A stretch of 64,000 nt of DNA from Planctomycetia bacterium (GTDB taxonomy: Bacteria > Planctomycetota > Phycisphaerae > Phycisphaerales > SM1A02). This document shows, in pieces, positions 33,904 through 41,744 of this stretch (within the stretch, counting starts at the first letter, position 1; every line of letters begins with the position of its first letter). Location: NCBI GenBank assembly GCA_005799495.1, contig SYGP01000028.1, forward strand, positions 6,913 through 70,912. The letters run 5' to 3'. A model generated the notes under the pieces. That model did no database searches. It was not told the DNA's origin and saw only the letters and a list, made by a program, of their open reading frames with translations. A program made the translations under genes and the position numbers.

Positions 33904-34194
33904 GTCTTGAAGCTCCTGAGGATTCCTGAACACGGCAGTCGCACCTTGCCACTGCCAATATCTGCTTATCGGCAAATGGACAGAAGTCAGTTCGCAGATT
34001 GGAACGACACCATAGTCCTATAATATTCGGAAGGTCGTTAGTGATTGGCAGAAGTATCACTTTTCGATCGAATAATCCATTCTTTCGAGGCACATGGCGG
34101 GCCAAAATTTTTCTGCTCCGCCGTCGTTCTTCATGAAGATTGAAGGACTTTTTGGGCGATATTCTTCCCCCCAACGCTGGAGTTCTTTGCATTC

Positions 34195-34947
34195 ATGGCA
34201 CCCCTTCTTCATGCTGCAAATCTGACGAAACGCTTTGGGGCAATCGAGGCGGTCCGTGGTGTCACGCTTGAGGTGGCAGCGGGTGAAGTAGTCGGGTTCC
34301 TTGGGCCAAATGGTGCGGGCAAGACCACAACCATGCGGATGATCACCGGGTTTCTCGAGCCGACCGAGGGGCAAGTGACTCTCGGAGGATTCTCCCTCGA
34401 TGAGGCGCCCATTCAGGCGAAGCGCAGCTTTGGCTATCTGCCTGAGGGTGCGCCCGCGTATCCGGACATGAGCGTGCTCGACTATCTGCAGTTCATTGGG
34501 CAGGTGCGCGGCCTGGCGGGTCAGACGCTTCACGACCGAGTTGCGGCGGTGATCTCTCAGGTTCATTTGGAGCGGGTGGAGCAGCAAACCATCGAAACGC
34601 TTTCGAAGGGGTTCAAGCGGCGTGTGGGCATTGCCCAAGCCATCCTGCACGACCCGCCGATCCTGATCATGGACGAGCCGACCGATGGGCTCGATCCCAA
34701 TCAGAAGCACGAGGTCCGGCAACTGATCCGCAGCATGGGTTCCACCAAGGCCATCGTCCTGTCGACCCATATCTTGGAGGAAGTGGAGGCGGTGTGCACC
34801 CGCGTGATCTTGATCGCAGCGGGCAGGATCGTGTTCGATGGACGACCGCAGGAGTTCGAGGCTCGCGCCCCAGCCTCCGTGCAGCGCAACCGCATGGATC
34901 ATGTCTTCCGCGAAATGACGGCCGCGGGATCGGAGGTGCAATCATGA
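34195..34947 (+). CDS. ABC transporter ATP-binding protein (ABC-2/GldA-like)
   Basis: Walker A is GPNGAGKTT. The signature-region sequence is LSKGFKRRVGIAQA and Walker B is ILIMDEPTDGLD. Confidence 0.9.
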   Translation: MAPLLHAANLTKRFGAIEAVRGVTLEVAAGEVVGFLGPNGAGKTTTMRMITGFLEPTEGQVTLGGFSLDEAPIQAKRSFGYLPEGAPAYPDMSVLDYLQFIGQVRGLAGQTLHDRVAAVISQVHLERVEQQTIETLSKGFKRRVGIAQAILHDPPILIMDEPTDGLDPNQKHEVRQLIRSMGSTKAIVLSTHILEEVEAVCTRVILIAAGRIVFDGRPQEFEARAPASVQRNRMDHVFREMTAAGSEVQS

Positions 34948-34963
34948 CGAGGGGGGGGCAGCC

Positions 34964-35710
34964 ATGACGATGGGCGTGCAGCCATGGCGCGCGATCTTCC
35001 GCCGCGAGTTCCGCGCATACTTCGCCACGCCGCTCGCAGCGGTGTTTCTTGTCGTGTTTCTGTTCCTCGCGGGCATCTTCACCTTTTCACTCGGCGGTCT
35101 CTATGAACGCGGCCAGGCGGATCTTCGGCCATTCTTCGATTTCGCGCCGTGGTTGTTGCTGTTTCTCGCGCCCGCCGTTTCGATGAGGCTTTGGGCGGAG
35201 GAGCGCCGCCTCGGCACCATCGAGGTGCTGACCACGCTGCCACTGCCGCTCTGGCAGGCGGTCCTCGGGAAGTTTCTCGCAGCGTGGGCGTTCAGCGTGG
35301 TGGCCATCGCGCTGACCGTGCCGCTCTGGATGACGGTGTCGTGGCTCGGCGATCCTGATCAGGGAATGATCGTCGCGGGCTATGTCGCCACGGCGCTGAT
35401 GGCGGGACTGTTCCTTGCGCTTGGTGGGGTGGTCTCCGCGCTGACGAAGAATCAGGTGATCGCCTTCGTGGTGACGGTGGTCGCGTGCTTCCTCTTGATG
35501 GTGAGCGGTTTCCCCGTCGTGCTTGATTTTCTCCGCGGTTGGGCCGTGCCCGGCGTGGTCGATGCGGTAGCCAGCCTCAGCATCCTGACGCACTTCACGA
35601 GCCTCACGCGCGGAGTTCTGGATCTTCGCGACATCGCGTACTTCATCGTCGGTATGTCGGCGTTGGTGTATTCGACTGCGTTCCTGATCGATTGGAAGAA
35701 GAGTGCCTGA
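34964..35710 (+). CDS. ABC-2 type transporter permease (GldF-like)
   Basis: The protein is 248 aa with six hydrophobic segments. The N-terminal FRREFRAYFATPLA is typical of ABC-2 permeases. The gene immediately follows the ATPase. Confidence 0.8.
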   Translation: MTMGVQPWRAIFRREFRAYFATPLAAVFLVVFLFLAGIFTFSLGGLYERGQADLRPFFDFAPWLLLFLAPAVSMRLWAEERRLGTIEVLTTLPLPLWQAVLGKFLAAWAFSVVAIALTVPLWMTVSWLGDPDQGMIVAGYVATALMAGLFLALGGVVSALTKNQVIAFVVTVVACFLLMVSGFPVVLDFLRGWAVPGVVDAVASLSILTHFTSLTRGVLDLRDIAYFIVGMSALVYSTAFLIDWKKSA

Positions 35711-35711
35711 C

Positions 35712-37568
35712 ATGCCCCGATCGACCAAGTCATCCATGGCACTGAAGGCGAGCGCGCTGCTGCTGGTGGTGTGGGTGTCGTTGAGCGCACTCCTGTCGAT
35801 CGTGCCGCTGCCGATCCGAATCGATCTCACGGAGGGTTCCGTCTACACGCTCTCTCCTGGGGTGCGGACAATGCTCGCTTCGCTCGACGAGCCCGTGCGA
35901 TTGGAGCTTTTCTTCACGGCCGAGGGCTCGCGCGATTTGCCGCAGATTCGCAATCATGCGCTGCGCGTGCAGGAGTTCCTTGAGAGTCTCGTTGCATCCT
36001 CGAATGGCAAGGTGGATTTGAAGGTCATCGATCCGCAGCCGTTTTCGGAGGCGGAGGACAACGCCAAGGCTGCGGGGATTGCGCCGATTACCGCCGATGG
36101 CGCCGGGCGAACGCTGATGCTCGGTCTGCTGGTCTCCGGCGCAACGGACCAGCGAGAGTGCCTGCCCTATCTCAACCCGCAGGAGGAGGCGTTCCTCGAG
36201 TACGACGTATCGCGTGCGATCATCAGTGTCTCGCGCACACAGCGAGCGAAGATCGCGCTCGTCACGGGACTGCCCATGGACAGCAGTTTCGATCCACGCT
36301 CGCAGCGCATGACGCCACCCTGGCAGGTGATGGCGCAGCTGCGCAACCTCTTTGAGTTGGAGGTGGTGCCGCCGAGTGCAGAGAAGTTGCCCGATCAGTT
36401 CGATGCGCTGGTCGTTGCACATCCCAAGGGACTTGCGGAGCCGCTCTTGCGCGCCATCGACGCCTACGCACTCGCAGGCGGGCGGATGCTGCTGTTTCTC
36501 GATCCGTTCTGTGAGAGCGATTCGGCGCCGATGGGGCCCGGCGGATTCGGATCGGGCGGAACGCCCAGCGATTTCGGCACACTGCCATCGGCATGGGGGA
36601 TCGCGTGGAAAGCGAATGAGGTGGTTGCGGACAGGACTTTTGCACAGCGCGTGCGTGCGCGGAGCGATACGGGACTTGCCACGGTCGACTTCGTCGCCTG
36701 GTTGAACCTGAACAAGGAGGCGATTCGCCGCGATGATCCGGCGTTTGGCGTCTTGCAGACGCTGATTCTGATGTCCGCTGGATCGCTCGATCGGACCGAG
36801 GAGTCGAAACTGGAGATGGTGCCGCTCGTGCAGAGTTCAGCGGACTCGATGCTGATCGACGGTTCGAAGCTCGGCCCGTTCGCCGATCCGTCGGCGCTCC
36901 TTCGCGACTTCAAGGCGGATGGAACGCAGCGCGTCATCGCGGCGCGGTTCACCGGCGTGGTACGAAGCGCGTTCCCGCCGACGCCCGCACCCGTGGAGGG
37001 AAGCGCGCCCGCGAGCATCGTGGTTGTCGCGGACGCAGACATGCTTCGGGATGAGACATGGATTCAAGAAGAGCGACTGGGCAACTTGAGTCTTGGGTGG
37101 CGCGCGTTCGCCGACAATGGTTCGTTGCTGTTGAATACGGTGGAGCAACTCAGTGGCAATCAGGCGCTGCTTGGGCTGCGCGCGCGCGGCAGCAGCCAGC
37201 GCCCCTTCGATGTGGTCCGAGCGCTGCAGCGCGATGCGGAACAGCGGTTCCGAGCCCGTGAGGATGAACTGCAGAAGCGGATCAGCGAAACGCAGCAGCG
37301 CATCACCAGCATGCAGCAGCAGAAGACTCCCGATCAGATGCTGCTTCTGACGCCGGAGCAGCAGGCACAACTTGAACGCTTGCAGCAGGAAGTGGCCGAG
37401 GCGCGCAAGGAACTTCGCCAAGTGCAGTTCAGCCTGCGCGAGGATGTGGAGGCGCTCGGGCACCGACTGATGCTGCTGAATGTGTTGCTGTGGCCATCGG
37501 TGGTTGCGGTGGCGGCGGTGTTCCTGGGAGTGCGTCAGCGGAGTCGATCGGCGAGGACAGCGGCATGA
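35712..37568 (+). CDS. GldG-like ABC-transporter auxiliary protein
   Basis: An N-terminal TM, a large extracytoplasmic domain, a C-terminal coiled coil and a final TM are present (LNVLLWPSVVAVAAVFLG). The position after the ABC-2 pair fits the family. The ATG at 35712 lies 1 nt after the permease stop; the ORF track uses GTG at 35703. Confidence 0.7.
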   Translation: MPRSTKSSMALKASALLLVVWVSLSALLSIVPLPIRIDLTEGSVYTLSPGVRTMLASLDEPVRLELFFTAEGSRDLPQIRNHALRVQEFLESLVASSNGKVDLKVIDPQPFSEAEDNAKAAGIAPITADGAGRTLMLGLLVSGATDQRECLPYLNPQEEAFLEYDVSRAIISVSRTQRAKIALVTGLPMDSSFDPRSQRMTPPWQVMAQLRNLFELEVVPPSAEKLPDQFDALVVAHPKGLAEPLLRAIDAYALAGGRMLLFLDPFCESDSAPMGPGGFGSGGTPSDFGTLPSAWGIAWKANEVVADRTFAQRVRARSDTGLATVDFVAWLNLNKEAIRRDDPAFGVLQTLILMSAGSLDRTEESKLEMVPLVQSSADSMLIDGSKLGPFADPSALLRDFKADGTQRVIAARFTGVVRSAFPPTPAPVEGSAPASIVVVADADMLRDETWIQEERLGNLSLGWRAFADNGSLLLNTVEQLSGNQALLGLRARGSSQRPFDVVRALQRDAEQRFRAREDELQKRISETQQRITSMQQQKTPDQMLLLTPEQQAQLERLQQEVAEARKELRQVQFSLREDVEALGHRLMLLNVLLWPSVVAVAAVFLGVRQRSRSARTAA

Positions 37569-38584
37569 ATCGTCAAGCGGTGCGTGTCCTTCTGGTGTTG
37601 GCTGTCGCTGCAATTCTCGTGACCGCACTCCTTCGGATGAATCGCAGTACGGCGACGCCCGGGGTGGATCAACCGCTGGTGTCCTTCGCATCGGATGCGT
37701 CGGCGATTGACCGTGTCGAAGTGGAGCAGGGCAGCGATCGAATCGATGTGCAGCGCAAGGATGGGCGGTGGGTTCTCCTTTCGCGCGACGGATTTCCCGC
37801 CAAGGCGGACGCGGTACAGGAAGTGGTGCGCGGACTCGACGGACTTCGGAAGTCCCAGCGCATGACGGCGAAGCCAGAGCGGCACGCCGATCTCGGCATT
37901 GCCTGGCCAGACCCGACCGGAACTGCACGGCGGGTGCGCGTGTTCGCTGCGGGCAAGGAGAAGCCACTCGCAGACCTGGTGATCGGAAAGGCCGCATCAT
38001 CTCCCGTTGGCGTGTATGCGCGCGGCAGTGATGACCCGCAGGTATGGCGCTGTGTGGGTGCGTGGAATGTTCCGAGCGGAGTATCCAACTGGTTGGCTTC
38101 TCCCGTTGCAGACTTCGCCTCCGATCAGTTGCAGCGAATCACGCTTTCGGATGTCACGCTCACGCGTTCGGCGACGGAATGGAACATGACGGGAACGGAT
38201 GGGCAGCCAGCAACTGCAACGCCGCGGCTCGATGCGATCAAGAGCACCTTGCCGTTCCTGCTGACTGGGTTCACGCCGGAGGATGTACGGCGCGAGAATG
38301 CGGAGGACGCGTCGCGTCCAGGCGCGGTGGAGGCGCAGGCGTGGGTCGATGAGACAAACGCCGTTGCCATTCGCATGTGGATGCAGGACGGGAGAGTGTG
38401 GGTGCGCTTGGCTCCCGGTGCATGCGGTGCGCAGCATGATGCGCGCATCGATGCGGCAGCGAAGACATGGGACGGTTGGGTGTTTCAGCTGCCCTCGTGG
38501 CGCAGCGATTACCTGAAGCCGATGTTCGAATCCGCTGCGCCCACGGATGCCTCCTTGCCCGCCACCGTTCCTGCCGTGCCATAA
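37565..38584 (+). CDS. DUF4340-like protein (conserved partner of GldG-like systems)
   Basis: There is an ATGA overlap with the upstream stop (37565-37568). The N-terminal TM is VRVLLVLAVAAILVTALL. The family call rests on position and architecture only. Confidence 0.6.
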   Translation: MNRQAVRVLLVLAVAAILVTALLRMNRSTATPGVDQPLVSFASDASAIDRVEVEQGSDRIDVQRKDGRWVLLSRDGFPAKADAVQEVVRGLDGLRKSQRMTAKPERHADLGIAWPDPTGTARRVRVFAAGKEKPLADLVIGKAASSPVGVYARGSDDPQVWRCVGAWNVPSGVSNWLASPVADFASDQLQRITLSDVTLTRSATEWNMTGTDGQPATATPRLDAIKSTLPFLLTGFTPEDVRRENAEDASRPGAVEAQAWVDETNAVAIRMWMQDGRVWVRLAPGACGAQHDARIDAAAKTWDGWVFQLPSWRSDYLKPMFESAAPTDASLPATVPAVP

Positions 38585-38591
38585 TGGTGGC

Positions 38592-39338
38592 ATGGCACGA
38601 ACCACAACATCAAGCGCGAAGAAGGATGCGCCCACTGGCGGTGGGGCACGCATCTACGAAGGCGATGGCGACCGCTTGGTCGAGATTCCCGCAGCGGGTC
38701 CGAAGGTGACGCTGCTTCCCGCGGGCGATCCGCGTGCTGCCGATGCGTCGAGGCGGATCCGGGTTCCATGGGGGCAGCATCTGCTCGATGATCTCGTGGA
38801 TGGTCGTTACCGCACGCTCATCTGCGGCGTGAATGAACAGGACAACGCGCACGGCATCCTTGGCGAGATACTGAAACTGATTCCGACGAGCCAGTGGACA
38901 CTCAGCTCCGCAACGAGCTATGCGCAGATGTTTCGCAGCGCAGTGCAAGTCCATGCAAAGGAGGATCGTGAGCCGTACATCCTGAAGTTCGACTTGGATC
39001 GATTGCTGGTCCTTGCGCTGCTTCGACCGCACGGGCGCGATCACTTCACGCTTGAAGACATTTATCGAGGCTTCCGCACTGCTGCGCGCATGCTCGAGGG
39101 TCGTGCCGACCGGCTCCCTGTCGCCACGATCTCGTTCCTTGGTGCAAAGAGCAACCGTCTGCTGAACCATGCGGGGGAGGAGCCGAGCCTGGAAGCGGTA
39201 CTGAAGGCGATGCATGATGCGGGCTTCCACGGCGACTGCTATCCGCCCGTGTCGCTCTGGGACTGTGCGCGGACGGGCGTGTTCGCGCGGTATCCCTTTC
39301 CCGCTGGCGTGGACCGCATGCGAGAAGGCAGCAGCTGA
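38592..39338 (+). CDS. Hypothetical protein (248 aa), weak macro-domain-like features
   Basis: ATG at 38592 lies 8 nt after the upstream stop. Coding bias is consistent. LICGVNEQDNAHGILGEI and VATISFLGAKSNRL vaguely resemble macro-domain strands. The stop overlaps the next start (TGATG). Confidence 0.6.
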   Translation: MARTTTSSAKKDAPTGGGARIYEGDGDRLVEIPAAGPKVTLLPAGDPRAADASRRIRVPWGQHLLDDLVDGRYRTLICGVNEQDNAHGILGEILKLIPTSQWTLSSATSYAQMFRSAVQVHAKEDREPYILKFDLDRLLVLALLRPHGRDHFTLEDIYRGFRTAARMLEGRADRLPVATISFLGAKSNRLLNHAGEEPSLEAVLKAMHDAGFHGDCYPPVSLWDCARTGVFARYPFPAGVDRMREGSS

Positions 39339-40081
39339 TGTCTGCTCAGGCACCATTCAGCCTGCCCACCGTTGCATTCTTCGGGCGGACGCTCGCGGAG
39401 TACCTGCAGTGTTTTTGCCTTGACGCGAAGGAACTGCGGGGACTGCGCATCCTTGACTGTCCAGGCGGACCGGGGTCCTTTGCAGCAGAGGCGACAGCGC
39501 TGGGCTGCGAGGTGATTGCCGTGGATCCCGCCTACGACGTCGGTGCCGATGAGTTGGAACGGCGCGCGAGTGCAGACATCGATGCGTGCATCGCGCAGAT
39601 GCGAGCGAAGCCCTGGGCTGCCCCTGTCGGCGATTTGGAGGCTTACGCGGTGGCGAAGCGTGAGGCGCTTGCGCGTTTCATCGACGACTTCCGTGCGAAT
39701 CCACAGCGTTACCGCGCTGCGTCCTTGCCCAAGCTTCCGTTTGCGGACCGCCAGTTCGATCTGGTGCTGTCGGGTCACTTGCTGTTTCTCTACTCGCCGC
39801 TGGTCGAGGATGGACTCCTCGAGGGGCATCGGTTCGATCTCCCCTGGCATCACCAGGCAATCGGTGAATTGGTGCGGGTGTGTGCGACGGAGATGCGTCT
39901 GTATCCGACGTTGGCACTGAACTCGGCGCCGCGCCGCCACTGCTATGCATCACCGATCGAAGCGGATCTGGAGGCTCGCGGTTGGCGCTGCAGTTTCCTG
40001 CCGTCGATGTACGCGCAGTACCCGCTGAGTTGGAACGATTGCCTCGTTGCTCGTCGCCTCAGCGTCGGGGCAACGACATGA
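39338..40081 (+). CDS. Class I SAM-dependent methyltransferase
   Basis: Motif I is RILDCPGGPGSF and motif II is EVIAVDP. The post-I/III region is FDLVLSGHLLFLYS. Confidence 0.75.
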   Translation: MSAQAPFSLPTVAFFGRTLAEYLQCFCLDAKELRGLRILDCPGGPGSFAAEATALGCEVIAVDPAYDVGADELERRASADIDACIAQMRAKPWAAPVGDLEAYAVAKREALARFIDDFRANPQRYRAASLPKLPFADRQFDLVLSGHLLFLYSPLVEDGLLEGHRFDLPWHHQAIGELVRVCATEMRLYPTLALNSAPRRHCYASPIEADLEARGWRCSFLPSMYAQYPLSWNDCLVARRLSVGATT

Positions 40082-41744
40082 GGAGTGCCGTTGCCGGCAG
40101 CGCAACGACTGCGCCGCGCACGCAGCTGAAGATGCCGAGGGCCGTTCCAAAGGCGTCGTGAAACATTCCTTCCAGCGGCGCCCATGCGGCGATTGCCACG
40201 AGGACTGCAACAGCGGCAGCTGCATCAGGGAGGCGTGCGCGTCCCCGAGCGAGCAGAAGCACCATGCTGCCGGCGACGGCAGGGAGCAGCAGGGGATGCA
40301 CGGCGCCTGGTGCGAGGATCAGCACGATGGATGCAAGCAACAGCGAGAGCGCATTCGCCGCAATCATCGTGCTCCACAGTTCGGCCGCTGGCGGAGCATG
40401 GTGGGCGGGTGCAGTGAAGCGACGGTGTGAGATGGGTTGCCATGCGATCAGTCGCGGTATCCACGTGACGAGTGCGCCGAGGGCAAGTGCCACCAGCACC
40501 CATGCGGTTGTCGCAGGTGGCCACGGGAAGGAATCTGCGGCGATCCACCGCGATGCGGCCGAGAAGATCCAGCCCACGCACGCCGCGAGCGCAACACCTG
40601 CGGCGAGCAGGAGTGTGTCTCGCAGGATCATGCGCAGAGGAACATCGCAGCAGCGGCGTGCAGCAGTGACCGTGGCGAGCACTGCGAAAGCGAGAAGGGC
40701 GATGGAGACCGAGCCATCCCAGCGAACGATCGGACCACCAAGTGCATTGAACCAGACCGCGCCTCGCCGTGCGGCTGCGCCCGATTCGCGCGTCCATGAG
40801 GCGTGATCGGTCGGTAGCGGCATCGGTGTCGATCCTGCTGCAAGCGAACGAAGCAGCGCGAGTGCGGTCGAGCCCATCTGTCCGACCGTCGCGATGTCGA
40901 TCTGATCGACGCGGTCGTTCGCGGTGTGATAGTTGCGCGGCGATCCAAGGAAGGCGATGTTGAAGCCTGCGCGACCCGTGCGTACGGCCACCGTGAAGTC
41001 GGTGTTGTTGGGCATCAGTCGATACGCCTCGGCTGCCAGGCTGGTGGAACAGACTGGGGCATCCACGGATGCAATGAGGCGTGCATGAGCCGGCGTATCA
41101 GAACCCGTTTCGAAGAGGATTGCGGGACCGCTGCTTCCGCGTGCATCGAGATTCACGATGGCACCTGCGCGCATCCACCAAGCATGTTCTTCCGCAAGTC
41201 GCCGCGCACCCCAGAGGCCAACCTCCTCGCCATCGGTGAAGACAAAGAGCACAGTCCGCTGCGGCGGATCCGCCACGAGTGCGCGAATGCACTCGAGCGC
41301 GCAAGCGACGCCCACGCCATTGTCGCCCGCCGCGGGGCCGCTGGGCACGCCGTCCCAGTGCGCCCAGAGCATCGGCAGCGGTGCGTCCATCGCTTCCTGC
41401 CCTCGGACTTCAACCAGAATGCTGTGCATCTCGACGGCGCTTCTGTTCCACCCGCGTGCGAAGAATCGATGGGTCGTTGGGGTGACACCCAGCTCGCGCA
41501 GTCGACGCAGCAGCCGCTCTTGCGCAGCATCGTGGCCTGCAGTGCCGACCGCGCGCGGCGTTCCATCACCAACGAATCGCACCAACTCCTCGTGGGCACG
41601 GCGCGCGGAGAAGCAACCCAAGCTGTCGACATCGGAGGGCAGTGGAGGGGCTGACTCCTGCACGCACCAGACGGACAGCAACCAGGAGAGCAGGAGTGTC
41701 GCGAGACGCCACGGACGATCGGGCGCTGCCGGAGGCTCACTCAT
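40059..41744 (-). CDS. M28-family metallopeptidase with C-terminal polytopic membrane domain
   Basis: Motifs HWDGVPSGPAAGDNGVGVACALE, FVFTDGEEVGLWGARRL and NLDARGSSG are present, followed by about 8 TM segments. The ATG overlaps the upstream stop (ATGA at 41741-41744). Confidence 0.8.
   Translation of the reverse strand: MSEPPAAPDRPWRLATLLLSWLLSVWCVQESAPPLPSDVDSLGCFSARRAHEELVRFVGDGTPRAVGTAGHDAAQERLLRRLRELGVTPTTHRFFARGWNRSAVEMHSILVEVRGQEAMDAPLPMLWAHWDGVPSGPAAGDNGVGVACALECIRALVADPPQRTVLFVFTDGEEVGLWGARRLAEEHAWWMRAGAIVNLDARGSSGPAILFETGSDTPAHARLIASVDAPVCSTSLAAEAYRLMPNNTDFTVAVRTGRAGFNIAFLGSPRNYHTANDRVDQIDIATVGQMGSTALALLRSLAAGSTPMPLPTDHASWTRESGAAARRGAVWFNALGGPIVRWDGSVSIALLAFAVLATVTAARRCCDVPLRMILRDTLLLAAGVALAACVGWIFSAASRWIAADSFPWPPATTAWVLVALALGALVTWIPRLIAWQPISHRRFTAPAHHAPPAAELWSTMIAANALSLLLASIVLILAPGAVHPLLLPAVAGSMVLLLARGRARLPDAAAAVAVLVAIAAWAPLEGMFHDAFGTALGIFSCVRGAVVALPATALLMSLPRR

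Noticed and set aside
34094-34230. Small upstream ORF (MAGQNFSAPPSFFMKIEGLFG...) in the AT-rich leader of the ABC operon.
   Set aside because: It has no RBS and poor codon bias, and it overlaps the ABC ATPase start. It is most likely fortuitous.
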